Source: Bacteriovoracaceae bacterium (lineage in GTDB: Bacteria; Bdellovibrionota; Bacteriovoracia; Bacteriovoracales; Bacteriovoracaceae). From it: DNA of 64,000 nt. Every line of letters begins with the position of its first letter. The stretch's first letter is position 1. Below are positions 16,967 to 26,607 of this stretch, one piece after another. The DNA is taken from contig JBFGZE010000008.1 of the NCBI GenBank assembly GCA_041586955.1, positions 1 through 64,000 of the forward strand. Reading direction: 5' to 3'. The notes below the pieces were generated by a model. The model saw only the letters and a list, made by a program, of their open reading frames with translations. It made no database searches and had not been told where the DNA came from. A program made the position numbers and the translations under genes.

Positions 16967-18460
16967 CTAATAAAAGGACTTTGGATTAATTTCATATTTC
17001 TCAATTTTTCGCAGTAACGTTTTCTTAGGAATATTTGCCTTTAAAGCAGTTTGATTAATTTTCCCTTTATTGAGCTTAAGGGCCTGAGAGATAAATTCTT
17101 TTTCAAATAGTTCTTTCGCTACTTGGAAATCCATTTTAATAACATTGTCTTGGGTTTTTGTCGCAAAGGTAAATTGATAATCACCATCCTCAGTTCTTGG
17201 CTGGGCCTCAGAAATAACTGAGTCTTTGATATCAGATAAATTAATAATTGAGTGATCTTCGTCATTACCACCTGTACGCATCTTCGCCTCAAAACCTTTT
17301 TTAACTGTTCTAGGTAGCGATTCCGCGTGAATAATATCATCCGACTCAATAATGAAAGCATGTTCTATGACATTTCTAAGCTCTCTAATATTTCCAGGCC
17401 AACTATAGGACTTTAATAATGAGGCTGCATCATCACTCGTTCCCCTTATTTCAAGATTATGAACATTATTAAAATAGGCCATATAATAATCAACGAGATG
17501 AGGGATATCAGAAACCCTCTCCCTAAGAGGTGGCAAATAAACTGGTAAAACATTTAGACGATAGAATAAATCCTCTCTAAAAGTTCCCTCTGTAATCATT
17601 TTTTCAAAAGGCTTATGCGAAGCTGCGATAACGCGCACATCAACCTCTATATCTCTATTAGAGCCAATTGGCGTAAAGGTTTTTTCTTGAAGAACACGCA
17701 ATAACTTGACTTGCATTGCTTGCGATATATCGCCAATTTCATCGAGAAAAATTGTCCCCCCATCTGCAAATTGAAACTTGCCAATTTTACGCTCAGTTGC
17801 TCCAGTAAAAGCTCCCTTTTCATGGCCGAATAACTCAGACTCAATCAAATTATCAGGCACGGCGGCTAAATTAATCGTTATAAATTTATCATCTTTACGT
17901 GGCCCATTATAGTGAATGGCCTTAGCGACAAGCTCTTTCCCTGTACCAGATTCACCTCTTATAAGAACGGGTGTATTCACTTGCGCAAGCTTGGAAATGA
18001 CATTGAAAACTTTTTTCATTTCATCAGATTCGCCCACAAATTTATCATCATTGCCAAGACTTAAAGTCGGAGCAGAGAAAGCTGTCGTTTCAAGTAAAGA
18101 TCGTGCCTTTAAGGCCCGTTTAATAAGAGCTACCAAATTTTCTGAGCTAATTGGTTTTTCGAGGTAATTATAGGCGCCCTCTTTAACCACTTTAACGGCA
18201 TCACCTACATTTGAATAAGCTGTTAATATAAGAACGATAATTGTCGGGTCATACTTTTTAATTCGGCTGAGCGCTTCAATACCATCCATTTCTGGCATAT
18301 TCACATCCATAACAATAAGGTCATACTTGGCCTGAGTTACTTTATTAAGTGCTTCACTACCATTATTCGCAACATCAACAAAAAAGTGATGAAATTCTAA
18401 AGCTTGCCTAACAGAATCCTGCAATACTTGATCATCATCAACAACTAATACTCTTTTCAT
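16967..18460 (-). CDS. Sigma54-dependent NtrC-family response regulator
   Basis: Receiver (VVDDD, MDVNMP), GESGTGKE, GAFTGA, FLDEIG, WPGNIREL, C-terminal Fis-type HTH. Confidence 0.95.
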   Translation of the reverse strand: MKRVLVVDDDQVLQDSVRQALEFHHFFVDVANNGSEALNKVTQAKYDLIVMDVNMPEMDGIEALSRIKKYDPTIIVLILTAYSNVGDAVKVVKEGAYNYLEKPISSENLVALIKRALKARSLLETTAFSAPTLSLGNDDKFVGESDEMKKVFNVISKLAQVNTPVLIRGESGTGKELVAKAIHYNGPRKDDKFITINLAAVPDNLIESELFGHEKGAFTGATERKIGKFQFADGGTIFLDEIGDISQAMQVKLLRVLQEKTFTPIGSNRDIEVDVRVIAASHKPFEKMITEGTFREDLFYRLNVLPVYLPPLRERVSDIPHLVDYYMAYFNNVHNLEIRGTSDDAASLLKSYSWPGNIRELRNVIEHAFIIESDDIIHAESLPRTVKKGFEAKMRTGGNDEDHSIINLSDIKDSVISEAQPRTEDGDYQFTFATKTQDNVIKMDFQVAKELFEKEFISQALKLNKGKINQTALKANIPKKTLLRKIEKYEINPKSFY

Positions 18461-18475
18461 TCAATGCTCCGATTT

Positions 18476-20362
18476 CTATTTATTTTTTAATTTAATTATA
18501 AAGGAAGTACCTTCCCCTAACAGAGAATTGGCCGAAATTTCCCCACCATGTAGTTCTACAAAATATTTTACCAGATAAAGGCCAAGCCCGCTGCCCTTCA
18601 CACTGTGGGCAGTATCATTCTTAACCCTATAAAACTTTTCAAAAATATGCTCTAGATCTTTTTCAGGGATTCCTATGCCATTATCTTTTACTTCAATATA
18701 AACCCATATATCGTCATCCCAAGACTTTACTTCTACCTGACACCCTTTTTCAGAATACTTAATAGCGTTTTCAATCAAATTAGAAAGGACACGCTTTATT
18801 AAATTAATATCAAATTGAATCGGAAACAATGGCGATAAGTCAGCATTAACTTCAATCTCCTTTACTGAAGCTTCATATCTAAGATCATTAATACTACCTT
18901 CAATAACGTTATTGATATCCTTGGTCGTTAAATTTATATTTAGATTGCTCGATTCAATTTTTGTCAGATCTAAAATTGTTGTAATGAACTTATTAAGTTC
19001 TTTGGTTGAATCAATTATCGAATGTAAATTTTTGTCGTAATTTTTTAAATCATTTTTTTGCTTGAGCATTATATCGGCAATACCAGCAACTTTGGCGACA
19101 GGAGTCTTCAAGTCGTGGCTCATTAGCGAAATAAAATTGCGCTTAAGGTGCTCCACTTTTTTTAGAATCTTGGCCTCTTCCTGAAATTTGTAACGGGTCT
19201 GGTATTCGCCAATTGCCCTAAAAGGAACCCAAATATAGTAAACTACAAATACTGTTAATACTAAATGACTAATATACAGCCAAATTCCAAATACTGAAAA
19301 AATCACATTCGAAATAAGAAATATTCCACACATAAAACTAATGGTAATTAGAAGTCCTGTTGTTGGTTTTGTTCGTGAAATGACCATCGACAAAATAATG
19401 GCCATCAATAATGAAATAACAAAGGAGTAGGTGCGGGGCACTTGATAGACTGTTTTTCCCTGGACCAACGCTTCTATAATGGCCGCGTGAAGACTCAATT
19501 TCGTAGATTTAAAATCTTCCTTATTGAAAGGGGTTAAGACGTAATCAGAGGCATTTGATAAATAGCTCGGCCCAACGAGGACAATTTTATCTTTAAAAAA
19601 ATCAGGTGGATAATTTCCTACTCGGACTCGATGAAATGGAATTTCCTGAATACTATTCGCCGCTTTAGTTGTATTAAGAAAATAGCGAAAAAGAGAGAAT
19701 GTTGCGTCTGCTTCAACTAAGTAATAAGAACCTTTAACTTTCGCGGCATCAATACTCTTCTTCCCCAGCCTTTCTCTTATTTTATTTGCGGACCACAAAT
19801 GTAAAGAGTCATTTCCTGAAATATTTAAAATGGCCCGTCTCGAAACTTCATCTTTGGCAAAAACATTAGTATCCGCATTGATCAAGGCCAAGGAGTGACC
19901 CAAGTCTGCCAAGTTTTGAGGTGGTGCTAGCTCATCCCAGGCATCCATATCAGTGCCAAACCTAAAAATACCTCCTTGCTCTTGATAAGAACTAAGAAGC
20001 TGTTTTATTTTAAATTGATTCTCGGTTTCTTCTCCAGACTCTGGTTCTTGAAATTGAACAAAATAATTTAAAAGAAGTGGTTTTTCAGTGAGAATTTTTT
20101 CTAAAAAAGAAAAGTGTGTGGAATATGTATAAGGATAAGTTTCACCTAAGTACTCATCACTCTCCTCATCAATAGTGACTAAAACATAACTATCACTATG
20201 TGATACTCCCCAATCAAATTTTATACGCCAATCATAAAAAATAGCTTCTAATGTAGAAAATGAGTATTGGAACAGGATAAAAACAAAAACTATGGTGAAA
20301 ACTAGAGGGTAGTATTTAGTGTAATCGAAGGCCTTTATCTTTTTAAAAGACGGGAGCCTCAC
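18476..20362 (-). CDS. CHASE2-domain sensor histidine kinase
   Basis: TM + LVTIDE.S...KDKIVLVG....D...TPF (CHASE2) + 3 TM; SHDLKTP H-box, NLIENAIKY, DNGIGI, GSGLGL. Confidence 0.9.
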   Translation of the reverse strand: MRLPSFKKIKAFDYTKYYPLVFTIVFVFILFQYSFSTLEAIFYDWRIKFDWGVSHSDSYVLVTIDEESDEYLGETYPYTYSTHFSFLEKILTEKPLLLNYFVQFQEPESGEETENQFKIKQLLSSYQEQGGIFRFGTDMDAWDELAPPQNLADLGHSLALINADTNVFAKDEVSRRAILNISGNDSLHLWSANKIRERLGKKSIDAAKVKGSYYLVEADATFSLFRYFLNTTKAANSIQEIPFHRVRVGNYPPDFFKDKIVLVGPSYLSNASDYVLTPFNKEDFKSTKLSLHAAIIEALVQGKTVYQVPRTYSFVISLLMAIILSMVISRTKPTTGLLITISFMCGIFLISNVIFSVFGIWLYISHLVLTVFVVYYIWVPFRAIGEYQTRYKFQEEAKILKKVEHLKRNFISLMSHDLKTPVAKVAGIADIMLKQKNDLKNYDKNLHSIIDSTKELNKFITTILDLTKIESSNLNINLTTKDINNVIEGSINDLRYEASVKEIEVNADLSPLFPIQFDINLIKRVLSNLIENAIKYSEKGCQVEVKSWDDDIWVYIEVKDNGIGIPEKDLEHIFEKFYRVKNDTAHSVKGSGLGLYLVKYFVELHGGEISANSLLGEGTSFIIKLKNK

Positions 20363-21081
20363 TTCAAGCTCACCAATTGATCAAACAAAGAGTTATTATT
20401 CCCTGCAAACCTCAAACTTTTAACTCCCAATAAATAGTCTAAATAAGAATTATAGTCCTGGCCGCTAGCGAGTGGAAAATCATTAAAATGATTTTTAATA
20501 AAGCCGAGGCTAAGTGAAAAGTATCTAGCTAAATAATTTTTCTTTGCCCAAAGCAAGACAGCAATCAATGGTCGCAAGTAAATAAAAAGCATTTGATACA
20601 CAACAGAAAAACCTTTACGCTTGGTCAAATGATCTCTTCTTGTAAGCATCATAACAATGAGGGCAATGAAGCATATTATATGACTAAAAATGGTATTCGA
20701 CTCTTCCAAGATGAATTCCCGCAAATCTTTACTATAGTGGCGAACTTCATCGAGACCACCAAAAAGATAGTAATAACGGCCACTTAGCCCTCGCAAACAG
20801 ATCGTATTATCCCCTGCGTAGCGGTAAAAGCTAATGTTTTCTCGGCCAGTAATAAATGACTCCGCTCGTAAAAACTCGAGACTTAAGTCAGACTGATCAA
20901 CTTCTTTTGCCCCCAGCATGGCCAAAATTAACTTTTCCTTAAAGAAGAAAATAATCAACAAAAGTAGTGTCCACACTAAAGAGAAGCTCCACGACAAATG
21001 ATCAAAGGCGTAATAGATAACGCCAAGAGGTAGAATCAAGGTGAAAAGAACTAGGAATTTTAACAAAAAAATATTTAACAT
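20359..21081 (-). CDS. Membrane protein, possibly a degenerate HtpX/M48-like
   Basis: Two N-terminal TMs then KLILAMLGAKEV (HtpX-like); no HExxH; GTGA overlap with the kinase. Confidence 0.5.
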   Translation of the reverse strand: MLNIFLLKFLVLFTLILPLGVIYYAFDHLSWSFSLVWTLLLLIIFFFKEKLILAMLGAKEVDQSDLSLEFLRAESFITGRENISFYRYAGDNTICLRGLSGRYYYLFGGLDEVRHYSKDLREFILEESNTIFSHIICFIALIVMMLTRRDHLTKRKGFSVVYQMLFIYLRPLIAVLLWAKKNYLARYFSLSLGFIKNHFNDFPLASGQDYNSYLDYLLGVKSLRFAGNNNSLFDQLVSLK

Positions 21082-21193
21082 TTCGCTCTGAGTCTATATA
21101 AAGGCCACGTTTCTCGACTTATTATAGACAAAAACCTCGATAAGGGCTATAACGCATCATTATAAAAATAAAGGATTTATAGAAGGGGGTTTA

Positions 21194-22030
21194 ATGCACT
21201 TTGATCGTTTACTGTTTGGAACAGCTGGTGTGCCTAATTCTACCGAAAAAAAGAATAATCCCGTTGAAGGGGTTAAGAAAATACATGAGCTTGGTTTAGA
21301 TTGTATGCAATTGGAATTCGCTCATGGTGTAAGAATGAAGGACGAAATATCTTCCGGCCTAAGAAAGATTTCTTATGAGTTAGGGATTCCTCTAACATCA
21401 CACGGCCCTTATTACATCAATCTCAATGCTCGTGAGCAAGACAAGATTGATTCTTCAGTTGAGCGCATTATTCAAACCGCAAAAATCTCAGATCTTTGTG
21501 GAGCAGAATCAATGACGTTTCATGCTGCCTTTTACATGAAGGATTCTCCTTTTGATGTTTTTGACCTCGTTGAAAAAAGTCTTAATGTTATTGAAGAACG
21601 ACTTGGTCGCCTTGATATTGAAATTGAATTAAGGCCAGAGCTTACCGGCAAAACAAGCCAGTTTGGTTCGCTCGATGAACTTATTACTTTAACTAAAAGT
21701 GTTGGCTCTTGTGCTCCATGCATGGATTTTTCACATCTCTATGCGCGAACAGGTGAGTATAATACTGAAGAAGAATTTGAAACTGTTCTGACAAGACTTT
21801 CCGACGAGCTGGGTGAAGATGCTCTTAAAAATATGCATATTCACCTGTCTGGAATTAGTTCAAACTCCAAAGGAGACTTAAAACATCTCAATTTGGAAAG
21901 TTCTAATTTCAATTGGAAGGGCTTACTTAATACCCTTAAGCGACTTGATTGCCGTGGGTACATTATCTGTAATAGTCCAAACTTAGAGACTGATGCTAAG
22001 ATGATGAAAGATTATTATTTAGGATTATAA
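21194..22030 (+). CDS. Endonuclease IV-like TIM barrel (archaeal-type Nfo)
   Basis: FGTAG.P, H.PYYINLNA, FHA..Y, RPELTGK..QFG, DF.H..AR, MHIH.SGI; ESP motif is NSP. Confidence 0.85.
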   Translation: MHFDRLLFGTAGVPNSTEKKNNPVEGVKKIHELGLDCMQLEFAHGVRMKDEISSGLRKISYELGIPLTSHGPYYINLNAREQDKIDSSVERIIQTAKISDLCGAESMTFHAAFYMKDSPFDVFDLVEKSLNVIEERLGRLDIEIELRPELTGKTSQFGSLDELITLTKSVGSCAPCMDFSHLYARTGEYNTEEEFETVLTRLSDELGEDALKNMHIHLSGISSNSKGDLKHLNLESSNFNWKGLLNTLKRLDCRGYIICNSPNLETDAKMMKDYYLGL

Positions 22031-22038
22031 GCTTTTAG

Positions 22039-22075
22039 TGATAGGGGCATTTGCTTCAAGCAGCTGCTCCTATCA
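22039..22075. terminator. Hairpin between convergent genes (putative terminator)
   Basis: TGATAGGGGCA / TGCTCCTATCA 11-bp stem with inner TGCTT/AAGCA; no clear U-tract. Confidence 0.4.
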
Positions 22076-22532
22076 ACTCTTCCAAAGTTTTTTGTTCACA
22101 ACCTAAGCGAATTAAAAAATAATTATTATCAACCGCCACTAAAAAAACCTTCACTCCAGACTCCACTCCAAAAAGGCCATCACAGAAAGTCGAAAACGCA
22201 GATTCAGTGGGAACTTCAATAACATTTGATTTTGAAAATTTCTCACTCAGAGTATGGAATAAATCCCATTTTTCTGGGAATAAATATTCCTCGCCATTAA
22301 AACTCATCTTAAAATATCCATTCTTCTTTGGGAGGCAGATGATTATGGCCTTCGGATCATCAATTTTTGCAAAGATATCAATTATACTTTTATCGGGTCT
22401 CATCGCCAAGGAGTCACGGAGGCGAAAATAACGCTCCATATCTGGAGAAGCTAATTGTCCTTGCTCATTAGAGCATCTCTCAATGGTGTTCAATGCTAAA
22501 TAATATAATCCTGATTTGTCTTCATCCTTCAT
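22056..22532 (-). CDS. Hypothetical protein
   Basis: 158-aa ORF; sigma28-like -10 (TCCGATAA) 7 nt before ATG. Confidence 0.6.
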   Translation of the reverse strand: MKDEDKSGLYYLALNTIERCSNEQGQLASPDMERYFRLRDSLAMRPDKSIIDIFAKIDDPKAIIICLPKKNGYFKMSFNGEEYLFPEKWDLFHTLSEKFSKSNVIEVPTESAFSTFCDGLFGVESGVKVFLVAVDNNYFLIRLGCEQKTLEELIGAAA

Positions 22533-22562
22533 GATGATCTTATCGGAAGACCTAGGAATTAA

Positions 22563-23000
22563 TTAATTTTGAATGCGTATTTCTTCTGAAGAATCGATAA
22601 AAGTTTTAATATCGTTAACATCGGATATTTTCCAACGATCGTCTTCATTTACGAGCTCCGCAACTTTCTTGGTATCAATATCATATGAAGAATTTTGGCC
22701 CTTTTGGTTGTATTTAATGACATAGGTAATAAAGCATTTTTGTTCTTCGCAGTTTTTAATAAGTATCTTGAAACTATTTTTCTTAAAACCCTCACCAATT
22801 AATAACTTATTAAATTCTTCCTGGCCCATTGAGGAGTACTTAGCAAGAAGTGGACCTGTTAGTCGTGCCAAATAGTCGGTTTTATCTTTACTTCCCTTAA
22901 AGCTTAAATTAACAAAGCCCTTTAAAGCACTTTCTGGAGTACCTGGGCCGTTACACGCAACAAAAAAAAGTAATAAAAAGAAAGAGATCAATTTATTCAT
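22563..23000 (-). CDS. Hypothetical lipoprotein (possibly NTF2-like)
   Basis: Lipobox VAC; P..ALK.F...L.....W.I pattern. Confidence 0.65.
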   Translation of the reverse strand: MNKLISFFLLLFFVACNGPGTPESALKGFVNLSFKGSKDKTDYLARLTGPLLAKYSSMGQEEFNKLLIGEGFKKNSFKILIKNCEEQKCFITYVIKYNQKGQNSSYDIDTKKVAELVNEDDRWKISDVNDIKTFIDSSEEIRIQN

Positions 23001-23009
23001 TAAATATTC

Positions 23010-23741
23010 CTAATTAAAAGTAAGTCCTGTACGAAAAATAATATCACAAAATTTTGCCCATTTATCATAATCGTCTTTTTTTAACACTTCTTGAAACTGG
23101 ATACCAAATCCATTTGGTAAGGTACTGCAGATTCGCCCTTCTAGCTCTAGCACTTCTCTTTCAAGAGTTAGCACCAGAGAAATATTTCTCACTTTTGATA
23201 AGGCATGGGTGGACTCTTGATCCATTTTAATGAAAGCACCGTTGTGATCTAAGTTGGTTAATATACCAGGAAGGCAATACTCCTCGTTTTTCAACTCTGC
23301 CTCATGGATACTTTTAATATAAGGATCCAAAACCTCCGCAGAATACTTGGGGGAATAGCAGGCCTTACTTAGCTCTTGCTGCCATAAGTGGTAAAAATAA
23401 TAACTACTTAGGATAAATGAGAGGAGTAGAAAGAGCATGAACACCATCGTTAATTTTTGTTCAAAATTTATAAGCGTTAAAAAAAACGAATAAGAAAAAA
23501 CACAAACAACATGTAAGATATAAACCTTCATGGAAGATGCTTTTAGTTGATAAGAAGAGACAAGCGCGACACCCGTGGTTAATAATGGCAAGGGATACTT
23601 TTTGACAAACGCTAAAAGGCCATTTAAATCCCCGAAAGACCACAATTCGCAAAGATGACCAAACATTAAGAAAAAACAAAATGAAAAAATCAGATAAAAG
23701 CAAAAATTATAAATAGACCACGGTCGGTAAATAATTCTCAT
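23010..23741 (-). CDS. Membrane protein with C-terminal PilZ-like domain
   Basis: Four TMs then G.LTNLD..GAFI...G.I......GFGIQF. Confidence 0.6.
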   Translation of the reverse strand: MRIIYRPWSIYNFCFYLIFSFCFFLMFGHLCELWSFGDLNGLLAFVKKYPLPLLTTGVALVSSYQLKASSMKVYILHVVCVFSYSFFLTLINFEQKLTMVFMLFLLLSFILSSYYFYHLWQQELSKACYSPKYSAEVLDPYIKSIHEAELKNEEYCLPGILTNLDHNGAFIKMDQESTHALSKVRNISLVLTLEREVLELEGRICSTLPNGFGIQFQEVLKKDDYDKWAKFCDIIFRTGLTFN

Positions 23742-23788
23742 ATGCTTTGCGCTCCTCTCTAATATTCTGACAATGCTATAATTTAATT

Positions 23789-23989
23789 ATGTTACCAAAA
23801 TTAGAAATAAATAGTCGATGTATAGCTTGTGATAACTGTAGGTTAATTTGCCCGGAAAAGGCAATCTTGATACACGGACAAGAGTATTTTATTAATGACT
23901 GGACGTGTACTCTTTGTGGTATTTGCCAAAATATATGCCCCACGAACGCTATCGAGGCCGAAGATGAATCAAAGTCTACTTCAGACTAA
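23789..23989 (+). CDS. Small 2x[4Fe-4S] ferredoxin
   Basis: CIACDNCRLICP and CTLCGICQNICP. Confidence 0.9.
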   Translation: MLPKLEINSRCIACDNCRLICPEKAILIHGQEYFINDWTCTLCGICQNICPTNAIEAEDESKSTSD

Positions 23990-24767
23990 CCACTCCCACT
24001 TTATGATTAATTTCCAATTCTTTAAAATCATTGCTTCTTAAATATGATAAATCTATAATGCCCCGGCATTGCTCTGCGCTGGCCGCATTGTATTTGATAA
24101 ATAATTCTACCGTGCCTAAATCCAAATAATCAAATTGATCGATATTGATCATTTTAATTGACCTTTCACCAGGCAATGCAACTGAATTAAAAAATGAGCT
24201 GATACCCATCTGTAAATCCAAGCAATCTAAATTGACAATACTCACACCAGTAAATGTTTCGTAATTTGCAGGACAATCTTTGTTAGGGATGACACCGAGA
24301 AATTGCCCACTTTGACATGAATCCAACCCATTATATCCATCACCTTTTTCAACATTCATAGTAAAAAGAATAATGTCGTCCTCATATTGATATGATTGAA
24401 TAAATTGCATAAAAGAGTCAAAAGGAGAGAGGAATATATCGCAATTTAATACTAAGAGATTCCTAATACCACTACTTAGTGGTGAGCTCTTTAAGTTGTG
24501 GATACAACCACCTGAACCTAGTAATTCAGGCTCATGAAGAATGATGACATCTGGATGTAGCTTTTCTAAATATGAATGAATATACTCATAACCCCAATGG
24601 GTATTTATTATTATTTTTTCAATACCGGCAGCCTTTAGGCGGCTGATTTTATAATCAAGAAAAGATGTATTTTCAATCGGCCAGAGTGCTTTTGGTAAAA
24701 CTTTACCAACGAGACCCATACGAGTTCCCTGACCGGCACATAGGATATAGGCGGCATCAATTTTCAT
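23976..24767 (-). CDS. murU: Sugar-1-phosphate nucleotidyltransferase (MurU-like)
   Basis: ILCAGQGTRM...PKAL, INTH, EPELLGSGG, DLGT; coupled to amgK. Confidence 0.75.
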   Translation of the reverse strand: MKIDAAYILCAGQGTRMGLVGKVLPKALWPIENTSFLDYKISRLKAAGIEKIIINTHWGYEYIHSYLEKLHPDVIILHEPELLGSGGCIHNLKSSPLSSGIRNLLVLNCDIFLSPFDSFMQFIQSYQYEDDIILFTMNVEKGDGYNGLDSCQSGQFLGVIPNKDCPANYETFTGVSIVNLDCLDLQMGISSFFNSVALPGERSIKMINIDQFDYLDLGTVELFIKYNAASAEQCRGIIDLSYLRSNDFKELEINHKVGVVSLK

Positions 24768-25785
24768 AATAAATAGTGCTCAGCAATTTGGCCAATCCAT
24801 TAAACTCTTTTAGATTAAAAAGTTTTTTTCGAACCACTTCAAAACAACGACCAATATATTTCAAATAACGAATATCATCACGAAGATTGTGGATATAACA
24901 GAAGCTACCAATCGCCTTAAAAATGCGTTGAATCGTCATCAGATCATAGAGATAATCAAATTGCTCCCGAGACTGAAAACCTTTTTTGGCGATAAAATTA
25001 TCATAATAATAGGTCTTCATTATTTGTTTTAGCTCAAGACTAGGACAATAATAGGCATCCTCGAGTAGCGAGACTAAATCATATTGGGGTATGCCAAGTC
25101 TCGCATCTTGAAAGTCAATGACACATAACTCTTTATTTTTAACCATTAAATTCCGGCTATGATAATCACGATGAGTCAAAACCATTTTCTCTTTTGCTAA
25201 TATCTCACAGATTTTAGAAAATCCTTCTTCAAAAACCTTTTCACTTTCTGAATCTAATGTTGCCTTTAAAAAGGTTTCAAAAAAATATTTTTTGGTAAAT
25301 AGAATTTCATCAAATAATTTATTATAATCAAAGCTCATTTTCGCAAAAGGTTCGTTACTGTATGAGCTTATATCCACATTATGAATCTTTATTAGCAAAT
25401 CGACGGCCTTCTTAAAGAGCGCCTCCTCTTTCCTAACATTATCTATATTGCTCAATTCTCTCAAGAAAGTGACATCCCCGAGATCTTCTTCCAGGAGAAA
25501 GCCTTTTTTTAACGATTTATCGATAATTCGGGGGACGCGAATTTCATTAGAGTCTAAAACTTCTTGTACACGAACGAATTCGTTTCGCTGACCTTTAGTA
25601 TTAATTGGATTATCCAAACAAGCGACATATAAAGCATCTCCCACCCTGGCGCGGTAATATCTTCTGGTAGAAGCATCCCCTGCGAGTCTTTCGAGATGGA
25701 TTGCCCCCTGTTCGATTAAATTTTCATTTATACTACTTTGTATTAGATCTTCTACAAATAATCTTTCCGACCGCTCTAACTTCAT
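24757..25785 (-). CDS. amgK: Anomeric MurNAc/GlcNAc kinase (APH family)
   Basis: LAGDASTRRYYR, LEEDLGD, HRDYHSRNLM, IDFQDA, YDLVSLL.D, QR..KA.G.F. Confidence 0.88.
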   Translation of the reverse strand: MKLERSERLFVEDLIQSSINENLIEQGAIHLERLAGDASTRRYYRARVGDALYVACLDNPINTKGQRNEFVRVQEVLDSNEIRVPRIIDKSLKKGFLLEEDLGDVTFLRELSNIDNVRKEEALFKKAVDLLIKIHNVDISSYSNEPFAKMSFDYNKLFDEILFTKKYFFETFLKATLDSESEKVFEEGFSKICEILAKEKMVLTHRDYHSRNLMVKNKELCVIDFQDARLGIPQYDLVSLLEDAYYCPSLELKQIMKTYYYDNFIAKKGFQSREQFDYLYDLMTIQRIFKAIGSFCYIHNLRDDIRYLKYIGRCFEVVRKKLFNLKEFNGLAKLLSTIYYEN

Positions 25786-26549
25786 CTTTTCCTACTTATC
25801 TCTGAGATTAATCTATAATATGAATAACTGGAGTTTTTTTCAATATTATGGCTAAACCCCTGTCCTTGGTCCGCTAAAAATTTCTTAAATTCAAATTCTT
25901 CTTTTTGTGCAATTAATTCATTTCCATCAAGAAGAAAAAACTCGGCGGGGTTTTTATTACGTAATTGGATCCAGCTCAGCACAGCTGTAGCATCATAGCC
26001 AGATCTTTTTAAGATAATGTATGCCCATTTATTGAGCTGATTTGTCACATCTAAAGGTAACTTCAGGTGACCTAATAATTTTTCAGGACTAATGGCGCCA
26101 ATTGGAACAAGCATTTTCTTGGGATATATCTTTTTAAATGATTTAATTGCTTGCAATGTCAGGACAGCTATTAAAACGTCCTCACTTTTCAAAAACTCAC
26201 TTAACAAATAATTCGTTATATAAATCGAGCCACCTGGAAGACTAAAGCAAATTGGTTTCTTATAATCTATTACAACGACATTAACCTCTTCTTGGCTATC
26301 AAATAAAAGTTCGTTTTTGCTTATTATTTTTCTAATAATAGAATTAAGGTATTTTTGGCCATTAGAGGATAATGGTATTAGTTTTAACTCTTTATTCGCT
26401 TCAAGGGATTTTTTTAAATGCTTCAGATGATCAATATAATCTTGGTTAGTAATTCCTTGCTCTAGATCCTTATAATTTAGCCTGAGGTCATTTTTGGAAT
26501 GACCACAACTAAAAAGCATCAATAACATCATGAAAGACAGAATTTTCAT
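25782..26549 (-). CDS. Lipoprotein with degenerate M48 peptidase fold
   Basis: Lipobox FSC; FSLPGGSIYIT..LL....SED.L.AVL; R.GYD; HExxH replaced by LQAIK. Confidence 0.7.
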   Translation of the reverse strand: MKILSFMMLLMLFSCGHSKNDLRLNYKDLEQGITNQDYIDHLKHLKKSLEANKELKLIPLSSNGQKYLNSIIRKIISKNELLFDSQEEVNVVVIDYKKPICFSLPGGSIYITNYLLSEFLKSEDVLIAVLTLQAIKSFKKIYPKKMLVPIGAISPEKLLGHLKLPLDVTNQLNKWAYIILKRSGYDATAVLSWIQLRNKNPAEFFLLDGNELIAQKEEFEFKKFLADQGQGFSHNIEKNSSYSYYRLISEISRKR

Positions 26550-26583
26550 AAACAAAAGCCCCTCTATAATATAAGGGGCTCTT
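26550..26583 (-). terminator. Intrinsic-terminator-like hairpin after the LysM gene, overlapping the next RBS
   Basis: AAGAGCCCCT-loop-AGGGGCTTTT followed by GTTT then ATG. Confidence 0.6.
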
Positions 26584-26607
26584 TGTACTTTTCCAAACAT
26601 TTGTTTG

